Part shown: positions 38,800-52,142 of the stretch, piece after piece
How positions within the stretch are numbered: the first letter of the stretch is position 1
Layout of the letters: every line of letters starts with the position of its first letter
From: Eledone cirrhosa
Taxonomy: Eukaryota
DNA: 64,000 bases
Direction of reading: 5' to 3'
Assembly (NCBI GenBank): GCA_964016885.1
Contig: OZ024765.1
Span: 14,074,001-14,138,000 of the forward strand
Notes under the pieces: model-generated
Seen by the model: the letters and a program-made list of their open reading frames with translations, nothing else
Told to the model about the DNA's origin: nothing
Database searches by the model: none
Translations under genes and position numbers: made by a program

Positions 38800-41625
38800 G
38801 GTTTGAACAGGAAGAGGTGAATGAATTCTGGCCAGATACAGCCAGTTTGAATAGGAAGAGGTGAGAGAATTCTGGCCAGATACAGCCAGTTTGAATAGGA
38901 AGAGGTGAGAGAATTCTGGCCAGATACAGCCAGTTTGAATAGGAAGAGGTGAGAGAATTCTGGCCAGATACAGCCAGTTTGAACAGGATGAGGTGAGAGA
39001 ATTCTGGCCAGATACAGCCAGTTTGAACAGGAAGAGATGAGAGAATTCTGGCCAGATACAGCCAGTTTGAATAGGAAGAGGTGAGAGAATTCTGGCCAGA
39101 TACAGCCAGTTTGAACAGGAAGAGGTGAGAGAATTCTGGCCAGATACAGCCAGTTTGAACAGGAAGAGGTGAGAGAATTCTGGCCAGATACAGCCAGTTT
39201 GAACAGGAAGAGGTGAGAGAATTCTGGCCAGATACAGCCAGTTTGAACAGGAAGAGGTGAGAGAATTCTGGCCAGATACAGCCAGTTTGAACAGAAAGAG
39301 GTGAGAGAATTCTGGCCAGATACAGCCAGTTTGAACAGGAAGAGGTGAGAGAATTCTGGCCAGATACAGCCAGTTTAAAGGCTAAAGGGTTAACATCAGT
39401 ATGAGTGGCTGGTTACACCTGGTTTGAACAGGAAGAGGTGAAAGAATTCTGGCCAGATACAGCCAGTTTGAATAGGAAGATGTGAGAGAATTCTGGCCAG
39501 ATACAGCCAGTTTAAACAAAGAGGTGAGAGAATTCTGGCCAGATACAGGCAGTTTGAACAGGATGAGGTGAGAGAATTCTGACCAGATACAGCCAGTTTG
39601 AACAGGAAGAGATGAGAGAATTCTGGCCAGATACAGGCAGTTTGAACAGGAAGAGGTGAGAGAATTCTGGCCAGATACAGCCAGTTTAAACAGAAAGAGG
39701 TGAGAGAATTCTGGCCAGATACAGCCAGTTTGAACAGGAAGAGATGAGAGAATTCTGACCAGATACAGCCAGTTTGAACAGGAAGAGATGAGAGAATTCT
39801 GGCCAGATACAGGCAGTTTGAACAGGAAGAGATGAGAGAATTCTGGCCAGATACAGCCAGTTTGAACAGGAAGATGTGAGAGAATTCTGGCCAGATACAG
39901 CCAGTTTAAACATAAAGAGGTGAGAGAATTCTGACCAGATCAGCCAGTTTGAACAGGAAGAGGTGAGAGAATTCTGGCCAGCTACAGCCAGTTTGAACAG
40001 GAAGAGGTGAGAGAATTCTGACCAGATACAGCCAGTTTGAACAGAAAGAAGTGAGAGAATTCTGGCCAGATACAGCCAGTTTGAATAGGAAGAGATGAGA
40101 GAATTCTGGCCAGATACAGCCAGTTTGAACAGGAAGATGTGAGAGAATTCTGGCCAGATACAGCCAATTTAAACAGAAAGAGGTGAGAGAATTCTGACCA
40201 GATCAGCCAGTTTGAACAGGAAGAGGTGAGAGAATTCTGGCCAGATACAGCCAGTTTGAACAGGAAGAGGTGAGAGAATTCTGACCAGATACAGCCAGTT
40301 TGAACAGAAAGAAGTGAGAGAATTCTGGCCAGATACAGCCCGTTTGAATAGGAAGAGGTGAGAGAATTCTGACCAGATACAGCCAGTTTGAACAGCAAAA
40401 GGTGAGAGAATTCTGGCCAGATACAGCCAGTTTGAACAGGAAGAGGTGAGAGAATTCTGACCAGATACAGGCAGTTTGAACAGGAAAAGGTGAGAGAATT
40501 CTGGCCAGATACAGGCAGTTTGAACAGGAAAAGGTGAGAGAATTCTGGCCAGATACAGGCAGTTTGAACAGGAAGAGGTGAGAGAATTCTGGCCAGATAC
40601 AGCCAGTTTGAACAGGAAGAGGTGAGAGAATTCTGACCAGATACAGCCAGTTTGAACAGAAAGAGGTGAGAGAATTCTGGCCAGATACAGCCAGTTTGAA
40701 CAGAAAGAGGTGAGAGAATTCTGACCAGATACAGCCAGTTTGAACAGGAAGAGATGAGAGAATTCTGGCCAGATACAGGCAGTTTGAACAGGAAGAAATG
40801 AGAGAATTCTGGCCAGATACAGCCAGTTTGAACAGGAAGATGTGAGAGAATTCTGGCCAGATACAGCCAGTTTAAACATAAAGAGGTGAGAGAATTCTGA
40901 CCAGATCAGCCAGTTTGAACAGGAAGAGGTGAGAGAATTCTGGCCAGATACAGCCAGTTTGAACAGGAAGAGGTGAGAGAATTCTGACCAGATACAGCCA
41001 GTTTGAACAGAAAGAAGTGAGAGAATTCTGGCCAGATACAGCCAGTTTGAATAGGAAGAGATGAGAGAATTCTGGCCAGATACAGCCAGTTTGAACAGGA
41101 AGATGTGAGAGAATTCTGGCCAGATACAGCCAGTTTAAACAGAAAGAGGTGAGAGAATTCTGACCAGATCAGCCAGTTTGAACAGGAAGAGGTGAGAGAA
41201 TTCTGGCCAGATACAGCCAGTTTGAACAGAAAGATGTGAGAGAATTCTGACCAGATACAGCCAGTTTGAACAGGAAGAGGTGAGCGAATTCTGGCCAGAT
41301 ACAGCCAGTTTGAACAGGAAGAGGTGAGAGAATTCTGGCCAGATACAGCCAGTTTAAACAGAAAGATGTGAGAGAATTCTGACCAGATACAGCCAGTTTG
41401 AACAGAAAGAGGTGAGAGAATTCTGACCAGATACAGCCAGTTTGAACAGGAAAAGGTGAGAGAATTCTGGCCAGATACAGGCAGTTTGAACAGAAAGAGG
41501 TGAGAGAATTCTGGCCAGATACAGCCAGTTTGAACAGAAAGATGTGAGAGAATTCTGGCCAGATACAGCCAGTTTGAACAGGAAAAGGTGAGAGAATTCT
41601 GGCCAGATACAGCCAGTTTAAATGC
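38800..41625. repeat. 44-bp satellite (roughly 60 copies) derived from the right arm of the piggyBac MITE
   Basis: gtttgaacaggaagaggtgagagaattctggccagatacagcca. Confidence 0.95.
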
Positions 41626-41673
41626 TAAAGCATTAATATATATTTACATATTTTTCTTTCCTTATTCGTCTAG

Positions 41674-41836
41674 TAAAGAGAGGAGCAGATATGTTATTGC
41701 TACGAAGGTTCGTTGCAACATGAACCCTAATGACCCGACAGATGTCAACAATATTGGACTGAGTCGTAAACATATTATAGCTGGCCTTGAGGAGAGCTTG
41801 AGGTGCCTACAGACAGACTATGTGGATTTATACCAG
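41674..41836 (+). CDS. Aldo-keto reductase exon 3
   Basis: KERSRYVIATKVR...GLSRKHIIAGLEESLRCLQTDYVDLYQ; carries the catalytic Lys. Confidence 0.92.
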
Positions 41837-43535
41837 GTATGGTCTGTTGATGTCACACATATATATATATATACACACTCTCATACATACATATACCAGG
41901 TAGGGTCTGTTGATGTCACACATATATATATATACACACTCTCATACATATACCAAGTACGGTCTGTTGATGTAACACATATATATATATACACACTCTC
42001 TCATACATACATATACCAGGTAGGGTCTGTTGGTGTCACATATATATATATATATACACTCTCATACATACATATACCAGGTAGGGTCTGTTGGTGTCAC
42101 ATATATATATATATATACACTCTCATACATACATATACCAGGTAGGGTCTGTTGATGTCACACATATATATATACACACTCTCATACATATACCAGGTAG
42201 GGTCTGTTGATGTCACACATATATATATATACACTCATACATACACATACCAGGTAGGGTCTGTTGATGTCACACATATATATATATACACACACTCATA
42301 CATACACATACCAAGTAGAGTCTGTTGATGTCACACATATATATATATACACACTCATACATACATATACCAGGTAGAGTCTGTTGATGTCACACATATA
42401 TATATATACACACACTCATACATACACATACCAAGTAGAGTCTGTTGATGTCACACATATATATATATACACACTCATACATACATATACCAGGTAGGGT
42501 CTGTTGATGTCACACATATATATATATACACACTCATACATACATATACCAGGTAGAGTCTGTTGATGTCACACATATATATATATATACACTCATACAT
42601 ACATATACCAAGTAGGGTCTGTTGATGTCACACATATATATATATACACACTCTCATACATATACCAGGTAGGGTCTGTTGATGTCACACATATATATAT
42701 ATACACACTCTCATACATATACCAGGTAGGGTCTGTTGATGTCACACATATATATATATATACACACTCATACATACATATACCAGGTAGAGTCTATTGG
42801 TATCGCACATATATATATATACACACTCATACATACATATACCAGATAGGGTCTGTTGATGTAACACATATATATATATACACTCATACATACATATACC
42901 AGATAGGGTCTGTTGATGTCACACATATATATATATACTCATACATACATATACCAGATAGGGTCTGTTGATGTCACACATATATATATATACACACTCA
43001 TACATATACCAGGTAGGGTCTGTTGATGTCACACATATATATATACACACTCTCATACATACATATACCAGGTAGAGTCTGTTGATGTCACACATATATA
43101 TATATATACACTCATACATACATATACCAGGTAGGGTCTGTTGATGTCACACATATATATATACACACTCTCATACATACATATACCAGGTAGGGTCTGT
43201 TGATGTCACACATATATATATACACACTCTCATACATATACCAGGTAGGGTCTGTTGGTGTCACACATACATACACACACTCTCATACATACACATATAC
43301 ATATATACACACACTCTCATACATACACACATACACTGACACATACATACACATATACATAGATACACACATACACCAGGTAGAGTCTGTTGGTGTAACA
43401 CACATACACTCACTCTCATACATACATACATACACATATATATACACTAACACGTACATACACATATACATAGATATACACATATACACACACTCTCATA
43501 CACACATACACCAGGTAGGATCTGTTGGTGTAACA
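41829..43535 (+). repeat. ~60-bp minisatellite containing the exon-3 splice donor
   Basis: taccag|gtagggtctgttgatgtcacaca(ta)ncacactctcatacatacata units. Confidence 0.9.
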
Positions 43536-43878
43536 CACATATACACACACTTGCATACATACATACACACACACATGCATACATACACACTAACACAGAC
43601 ATACACACACTCATTCACTCATACACTTCCCCACATACACACACTAACACATATACATACATACATACATATATACACACACATACATACATGCATACAC
43701 AATCTCACACACACACATACATACACACACATACCACATGCACACTCACACATACATATACAATCTCACACACATACATATACACAAAACCTCACAATTA
43801 TGAAACCACCTCCCTAACCACCAAACCATACACCTTCACATTCATTTGACCCCTATTTTATCTTTTCTCAATCCCCAG

Positions 43879-44052
43879 GCTCATTGTTGGGACCGAGGTA
43901 CCCCAATCAAGGAAACCCTTCTCACTCTTCATGATTTACAAAGATCTGGCAAGATCCATTATGTTGGTTTGAGCAATTTCTGTGGTTGGCAGCTCCAGAA
44001 AACAGTTGATACGGCTAACGAGATAGGTATGCAATCGATAATTAGTCTCCAG
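43879..44052 (+). CDS. Aldo-keto reductase exon 4
   Basis: AHCWDRGTPIKETL...SGKIHYVGLSNFCGWQLQK...SLQ; carries the catalytic His. Confidence 0.92.
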
Positions 44053-44109
44053 GTAAGTTTAGGTATCATGTCTCTTTATATCACCAACATCATCATCGTT
44101 TAACCCTTT

Positions 44110-45320
44110 AGTATTTACATTACTCTATATGTACTATTGTATTTTCACAGTAAAGCTTTATCTCACATAATATCTCACATAACATTTACATTACTCTATA
44201 TATACTATTATATTTTCACAGTAAATGCTTTACCTCACATAATATCTCACATAACATTTACATTACTCTATATATACTATTGTATTTTCACAGTAAATGC
44301 TTTACCTCACATAATATCTCACATAACATTTACATTACTCTATATATACTATTGTATTTTCACAGTAAAGGCTTTACCTCACATAATATCTCACATAACA
44401 TTTACATTACTCTATATATACTATTATATTTTCACAGTAAAGGCTTTACCTCACATAATATCTCACATAACATTTACATTACTCTATATATACTATTATA
44501 TTTTCACAGTAAAGGCTTTACCTCACATAATATCTCACATAACATTTACATTACTCTATATATACTATTATATTTTCACAGTAAAGGCTTTACCTAACAT
44601 AATATCTCACATAACATTTACATTACTCTATATATACTATTATATTTTCACAGTAAAGGCTTTACCTCACATAATATCTCACATAACATTTACATTACTC
44701 TATATATACTATTGTATTTTCACAGTAAAGGCTTTACCTCACATAATATCTCACATAACATTTACATTACTCTATATATACTATTGTATTTTCATGGTAA
44801 AGGCTTTACCTCACATAATATCTCACATGACATTTACATTACTCTATATATACTATTATATTTTCACAGTAAAGGCTTTACCTCACATAATATCTCACAT
44901 GACATTTACATTACTCTATATATACTATTATATTTTCACAGTAAAGGCTTTACCTCACATAATATCTCACATGACATTTATATTACTCTATATATACTAT
45001 TATATTTTCACAGTAAAGGCTTTACCTCACATAATATCTCACATAACATTTACATTACTCTATATATACTATTATATTTTCACAGTAAAGGCTTTATCTC
45101 ACATAATATCTCACATAACATTTACATTACTCTATATATACTATGGTATTTTCACAGTAAATGCTTTACCTCACATAATATCTCACATAACATTTACATT
45201 ACTCTATATATACTATTGTATTTTCATGGTAAAGGCTTTACCTCACATAATATCTCATATAACATTTACATTATTCTATATATACTATTGTATTTTCATG
45301 GTAAAGGCTTTATCTCGCAT
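44110..45320. repeat. 72-bp satellite (about 17 copies) inside a piggyBac MITE
   Basis: acatttacattactctatatatactattatattttcacagtaaaggctttacctcacataatatctcacata, bounded by the MITE TIRs at 44100 and 45477. Confidence 0.95.
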
Positions 45321-46971
45321 AACTATCTCATAATATTGAATCTATGAGATTTTGATATTATTTATTTTGAGAACAATACCTTAACATAAGTATAAGCAGC
45401 TGGTTGCAGCCAATTTGAACAGAAAGAGGTGTGAGAACACTGGTCGGATACAGCTAGTTTAAATGCTAAAGGGTTAATGTCCATTTTCCACACTAGCATG
45501 GGTTAGACGAGCTGTCCTGTAGTGAGACAAGACAGGTCACACGACCGGGTTTAACTCACACAGAACTGTTTTGTGGCCTGGTTTCTATAGCTGGATGCCA
45601 TTCACTTTACTGTGTGGACTGGGTACTTTTTGTCATGTTACCTACACAACCATTTTACAGTGTGGGCTGGGCACTTTTTGTCATGACACCTAGATGACCA
45701 CTTTACAGTAGGTGTCACAACAACAAGTACCCAGCACACACTGTAAATGTGGTTGGAGTTAAGAAGGGCATCCAGCTGTAGAAACCAAGCCAAAATCAGT
45801 TTTTTGTGAGCAAAACACTGTCCTCCAACTTGATCTCTCACAAAGGGACAGTCCATCCTACACATGCTTGCGTGGAAATGGATGTTAAACAATCATCATC
45901 ATCATTTAACGTCTATCTTCAACGCTAGCATGGGTTAGACGGGAGTTGTCCCACTTGAGCCAAGATTGGTTGGGTGACCGTGTCTTGCTTGTATAGGACT
46001 GTCTGGCAGGTTTTCTATGACTGGATGCCCTTCCTAACACCAACCACATTTACAGTGTGGACTGGGAGCTTTTTACCGTGTGACCTACACAACCACATTA
46101 CAGCGTGGACTGTATTTTTTTTCACTTTTTTTGTCATGACACCTACACAACCTCATTAGTTTGGACTGGATGTTGTGGTACCAACATAACTTTATAAAGA
46201 AAGGGTGGTGTTGGTGGGAGTAGAAGGATGGAGTAGGGGTAGTGGGTTGGGGGTGTATGTTTGATTTAGAGGGGCCTACTGACTGTAGGTTAACTTTACA
46301 CGTAGGGAAGGCTGGTCTTCTGTATTACTGCGTAGTGCCAAAGATTTTGATCCAGAGACATTGTCTTAGAGAGGTGCAAGTGTGCAAAGTCGGAATTTAT
46401 CAAGTTGTCCCAGGTTTTTCTTGGTCTACCTACTCAGTAACTTCCATCAATTTTGATCATCATGCAATTTTTTATACAGTTGTCATCTTTCATGCACATC
46501 ACATGACCATACCAACGTAGTCTTCTCTCAATTAACCCTTTAATGTTCAAACTTGCCAAAACCGGCCAGAATTCTCTACCTCTTTCTGTTGAAACTGGTT
46601 GTAACTGGTCGTTCAAACTGATGTTAAGGTATTGTTCTCAAAATAAATACTTTCAAAATCTCATAGATTCGATATTATGTGAGATATTTATGCGAGGTAA
46701 AGCCTTTACCATGAAAATATAATAGTTTATATAGAGTAATGTGAATGCTAAAGGGTTAAACAGCATCTGATCCCTATTACTCCTAATTTCTCACTTAGTT
46801 CATTTATATATATACACACACTGATCTCTCACAAAGGGACAGCCTGTCCTACCATGCTAGCGTGGAAAATGGATGTTAAAGGATGATGATGATGACACAT
46901 CCACATAAACCAAATCATTTGCCAGACCTGTACAACTCCAGAATTATTATTTTTATGTTTTATTCCTAAAG

Positions 46972-47069
46972 CAACAGTACAGTCTGATGGAAAGAAACTC
47001 TGAGTTTGAGGAATTCCAAGTATGTCAGAATGAAGGGATTTCCATTTTGCCCTGGGGTGCTCTGAAATG
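46972..47069 (+). CDS. Aldo-keto reductase exon 5
   Basis: QQYSLMERNSEFEEFQVCQNEGISILPWGALK; donor GTAAGC. Confidence 0.9.
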
Positions 47070-47512
47070 GTAAGCGGAACCACTTTTTATAAAATATTTC
47101 TCACCATGGAAACAACGAGGGAGCCTCTATATGGTTGGCAGATATGCTAGAAATAGTAGTGAGGCCCTTCAAATCACACGCACATTAATGAGTGGGATGG
47201 AATTCTTCATTATTAGAATGTTCCATTCTGAGTTCAAATCCCGCCAAGGTTAACTTCGCCTTTCATCCTTACGGAGTCGATAAAATAAAGTACCAGTAAT
47301 GCACTGGGATAATTGCTGGCCTTGTGCCAAAAGTAGAAACAATTAATAGAATGTTTTAAGGTTTTTTTTCTATCATTGTTCAATATCAACAACAGGGTAA
47401 TCTATTGTGATAGTCATGGAAACCGCAGTTTGGGAACTTAAGGGAAAAATGCTTGTGATTATGGTGGTGATGGAGGGGATGATAAAAGTAAACTTATCTC
47501 TTTTTCTTACAG

Positions 47513-47694
47513 TGGTTTCCTCTCTGGAAAATTCAAGAGATGTGAAACCCCTTCTGCAGCAACAAGGATAGGGTTCACAACTCAGGATAAGAAATTACAG
47601 ACTTTTCTCTCGCAACCCTCTTGGTCCATGTTAGAGTCAAGCGATGATGTGTGGCTTCTACTTGATACTATGAAAAAAATTGCTCAAGATCACA
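47513..47694 (+). CDS. Aldo-keto reductase exon 6
   Basis: (C)GFLSGKFKR...VWLLLDTMKKIAQDH; donor GTAAGA. Confidence 0.9.
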
Positions 47695-48506
47695 GTAAGA
47701 TTAGTATTTTGTCCTTCCTTCTAAAACCCTTTTGTTACCATACAGGTTGAGTCATAAGTAACCAGGCAGTTGAATATTTATATTCCAAATGATAATATTT
47801 ACTAAAATTCTGGTCACAACTTATAAATACATGAAATTATAAATACATGAAACAAGAAGTGTTTTAAAATTAAAACAATGTTGTCTCTGATCAAGACGAA
47901 GTGAGAGTGTATTTGATTGAATAAATATGAAAATGAGAAAACTCATCGCTAGAACAGTCGTTAAAACAGCTATATGCTGTCAAAGACAGCGATAGGCATA
48001 ATGCCCCATAGGACAGAGAGCAGCAGCCTCTGTGGAAAGGTCTTTGGAAGAACATTACTCAATAGAGTACGGAGCTTGGAGATCAGAGAGTCACTCCAGG
48101 TAGAGCTGCTACTTCTCTGAATTGAGAGATCACAGCTCTGATACTATGGACATGTGGTTAGAATGTCTCAGGAAAGAATCACTGGACAGTTTTTATGGGA
48201 AAAACTATTCGCGATCATATTCTTTCAGTCATTACCCAAGATTCATGACCATAGGTAAGGGTGGGCATAAATACTGAATTGAAGATATTAGTTGCATATT
48301 TCATTGATATTTTAAAAACCCTATATTTTTTATTGTTATATTTGGGAAGGTCCTGTTATAATATTGTCAGAAAAATATAGTAAAACACACTCCCTGTTTG
48401 GTTTGGGTTGATTTTCGCTTCAGCATATTTTTTTTCTATATTTTTATAATTAATTCAACTGGCAATCAATGTTTATCCTATATTTTGACTCTTCTTATTT
48501 TATCAG

Positions 48507-48646
48507 ATAAAAGTGTGGCACAAGTTGCCATTCGGTGGCTCCTGCAGAGAAAGATGGTTGCCTCGGTTATATTTGGTGCGAAGACAATGGAACAACTTGA
48601 TGACAATATTGGGGCTTCATCTGGATGGGAGCTGACCCCTAAAGAG
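48507..48646 (+). CDS. Aldo-keto reductase exon 7
   Basis: (N)KSVAQVAIRWLLQRKMVASVIFGAKTMEQLDDNIGASSGWELTPKE. Confidence 0.92.
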
Positions 48647-48950
48647 GTATAGCACACTTAGGGACTATTGTAAAGTTACAGGGGAATAATAGACATTATA
48701 TGATTTCATCTGGCTGGGAGCTGACCCCTAAAGAATAGTACACATTGGGGCTATTGTGAAGTTCCTGGAGGATAATAGTCATGATATGACTTAATCTAGC
48801 TGGGAGCTGACTCCTAAATATATATGGCACATTTGGGGACTATTGTAAAGTTACAGCAGAAATAGTAGTCATTGAATGACTTCATCTGGCTGGGAGCTGA
48901 CCCCATAAAGAGGTATAGCACATTTGGAGACTCTTCTGAAGTTACAGGCA
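48617..48950 (+). repeat. ~90-bp tandem repeat (4 copies) spanning the AKR exon-7 donor
   Basis: catctgg.tgggagctgacccctaaagaggtatagcaca...gactattgtaaagttaca. Confidence 0.8.
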
Positions 48951-49189
48951 TTAAATAATCATGATCATGATCATGATTATCATAATGGTACTGATTTTGA
49001 TGATGATGATGATGATAACAGTGTGCAGGATTGTTAGAGATTTCACTGTTTGGGACTGGATGGTCTTTTGTGGCGTGCCCGTGTCTGTTTAACATGCCAC
49101 TCAATGAACTGATGACTCTCAATATATGTTCATTCAAGCTGAGCGCCTAGCCTCAGTTTGAAGACTGACCTGCATGGTGAAAAGACACA

Positions 49190-51240
49190 TCCTAGATAAA
49201 GTGCCTCTGATATGGCTATCATAGGATAGTCTAGCAGAACAGGTCAGATCTAGAGTCTCAGATATGGCTATCATAGGATAGTCTAGCAGAACAGGTCACA
49301 TCTAGAGTCTCTGATGTAGCTATCATAGGATAGTCTAGCAGAACAGGTCACATCTAGAGTCTCAGATATGGCTATCATAGGATAGTCTAGCAGAACAGGT
49401 CAGATCTAGAGTCTCAGATATGGCTATCATAGGATAGTCTAGCAGAACAGGTCACATCTAGAGTCACTGATATGGCTATCATAGGATAGTCTAGCAGAAC
49501 AGGTCAGATCTAGAGTCTCTGATGTAGCTATCATAGGATAGTCTAGCAGAACAGGTCAGATCTAGAGTCTCAGATATGGCTGTCATAGGATAGTCTAGCA
49601 GAACAGGTCAGATCTAGAGTCTCTGATGTAGCTATCATAGGATAGTCTAGCAGAACAGGTCAGATCTAGAGTCTCTGATGTAGCTACCATAGGATAGTCT
49701 AGCAGAACAGGTCACATCTAGAGTCTCAGATATGGCTATCATAGGATAGTCTAGCAGAACAGGTCAGATCTAGAGTCTCTGATGTAGCTATCATAGGATA
49801 GTCTAGCAGAACAGGTCAGATCTAGAGTCTCTGATGTAGCTACCATAGGATAGTCTAGCAGAACAGGTCAGATCTAGAGTCTCAGATATGGCTATCATAG
49901 GATAGTCTAGCAGAACAGGTCAGATCTAGAGTCTCTGATGTAGCTATCATAGGATAGTCTAGCACAATAGGTCAGATCTAGAGTCTCTGGTATGGCTATC
50001 ATAGGATAGTCTAGCAGAACAGGTCAGATCTAGAGTCTCTGATGTAGCTATCATAGGATAGTCTAGCAGAACAGGTCAGATCTAGAGTCTCTGATGTAGC
50101 TATCATAGGATAGTCTAGCAGAACAGGTCACATCTAGAGTCTCTCATGTAACTATCATAGGATAGTCTAGCAGAACAGGTCAGATCTAGAGTCTCTGATG
50201 TAGCTATCATAGGATAGTCTAGCAGAACAGGTCAGATCTAGAGTCTCTGATGTAGCTATCATAGGATAGTCTAGCAGAACAGGTCAGATCTAGAGTCTCT
50301 GATGTAGCTACCATAGGATAGTCTAGCAGAACAGGTCAGATCTAGAGTCTCAGATATGGCTATCATAGGATAGTCTAGCAGAACAGGTCAGATCTAGAGT
50401 CTCTGATGTAGCTATCATAGGATAGTCTAGCACAATAGGTCAGATCTAGAGTCTCTGGTATGGCTATCATAGGATAGTCTAGCAGAACAGGTCAGATCTA
50501 GAGTCTCTGATGTAGCTATCATAGGATAGTCTAGCAGAACAGGTCAGATCTAGAGTCTCTGATGTAGCTATCATAGGATAGTCTAGCAGAACAGGTCACA
50601 TCTAGAGTCTCTCATGTAACTATCATAGGATAGTCTAGCAGAACAGGTCAGATCTAGAGTCTCTGATGTAGCTATCATAGGATAGTCTAGCAGAACAGGT
50701 CAGATCTAGAGTCTCTGATGTAGCTGTCATAGGATAGTCTAGCAGAACAGGTCAGATCTAGAGTCTCTGATGTAGCTATCATAGGATAGTCTAGCAGAAC
50801 AGGTCAGATCTAGAGTCTCTGATGTAGCTGTCATAGGATAGTCTAGCAGAACAGGTCAGATCTAGAGTCTCTGATGTAGCTATCATAGGATAGTCTAGCA
50901 GAACAGGTCAGATCTAGAGTCTCTGATGTAGCTGTCATAGGATAGTCTAGCAGAACAGGTCAGATCTAGAGTCTCTGATGTAGCTATCATAAGATAGTCT
51001 AGCAGAACAGGTCACATCTAGAGTCTCTGATGTAGCTATCATAGGATAGTCTAGCAGAACAGGTCAGATCTAGAGTCTCTGATGTAGCTGTCATAGGATA
51101 GTCTAGCAGAACAGGTCAGATCTAGAGTCTCTGATGTAGCTATCATAGGATAGTCTAGCAGAACAGGTCAGATCTAGAGTCTCTGATGTAGCTATCATAG
51201 GATAGTCTAGCAGAACAGGTCAGATCTAGAGTCACTGATG
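49190..51240. repeat. 52-bp satellite (about 39 copies)
   Basis: ctatcataggatagtctagcagaacaggtcagatctagagtctctgatgtag. Confidence 0.95.
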
Positions 51241-51559
51241 CTGGAGATGCCGTAGTCTGAGCGCATAATCAGCTACGGCATGCCCAGCCCTCCATGTAGC
51301 GGGTGTTGACAGCAGATGGATTGCCTGACCATCAGAGCACATCCCTTCCTCAAAAAGCGAAAGAGAAAATGCTCCAGTGCAGTCGGGCGGTAGTACTGCA
51401 TGACTGCTACTTTATTTTAACAACCTCGTAAGGATGAAAGGCAAAGCTAACCTCGGTGGGATTTGAACTCAGAACTTAAAGACATGTAATGATAATAATG
51501 ATAATGATGATGATGATGATGATGATGAAATGTCTAATACTTCCTATTAACTCTTCCAG

Positions 51560-51640
51560 ATGGAGATCCTCAATGATCTAACAGCCCCTACAGAACGATA
51601 TCCATTTAACATAATTGAAAAGATTAATCTTGACCGCTAG
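51560..51640 (+). CDS. Aldo-keto reductase exon 8 (terminal)
   Basis: ttccag|MEILNDLTAPTERYPFNIIEKINLDR*; total CDS 1083 nt. Confidence 0.8.
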   Translation: MEILNDLTAPTERYPFNIIEKINLDR

Positions 51641-51667
51641 ATATAGGGAAATGTTGAGATGGTGATG

Positions 51668-52058
51668 TGAAGATACTTTACTACAATACTAGTTCCAGAG
51701 ATCTGAAGATACTTTACTACAATACTAGTTCCAGAGATCTGAAGATACTTTACTACAATACTAGTTCCAGAGATCTGAAGATACTTTACTACAATACTAG
51801 TTCCAGAGATCTGAAGATACTTTACTACAATACTAGTTCCAGAGATCTGAAGATACTTTACTACAATACTAGTTCCAGAGATCTGAAGATACTTTACTAC
51901 AATACTAGTTCCAGAGATCTGAAGATACTTTACTACAATACTAGTTCCAGAGATCTGAAGATACTTTACTTCAATACTAGTTCCAGAGATCTGAAGATAC
52001 TTTACTACAATACTAGTTCCAGAGATCTGAAGATACTTTACTACAATACTAGTTCCAG
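51668..52058. repeat. 36-bp tandem repeat (about 11 copies) in the AKR 3' UTR region
   Basis: gaagatactttactacaatactagttccagagatct, near-identical copies with no spacers. Confidence 0.95.
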
Positions 52059-52142
52059 TCGTAATCTTTCAGCGATTAAACAATTATCGGATGTTCTTGT
52101 TACTTATTTTTCTTAATTTTTAGCAAAGGATAAAGCATTTTA

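Noticed and set aside
39686-40879. ORFs beginning MFKLAVS, resembling the signal peptide MFKLAVL at 4462
   Set aside because: They arise from the 44-bp satellite; the short match appears coincidental.
44137-45333. 398-aa ORF
   Set aside because: It is the translation of a 72-bp MITE-derived satellite inside an intron.
49190-51240. CTGATG in the 52-bp satellite as a tandem hammerhead core
   Set aside because: There is no CUGANGA plus GAAA arrangement in the unit.
51668-52058. 36-bp direct repeats resembling a CRISPR array
   Set aside because: Units are contiguous with no spacers, there are no cas genes, and the context is eukaryotic.
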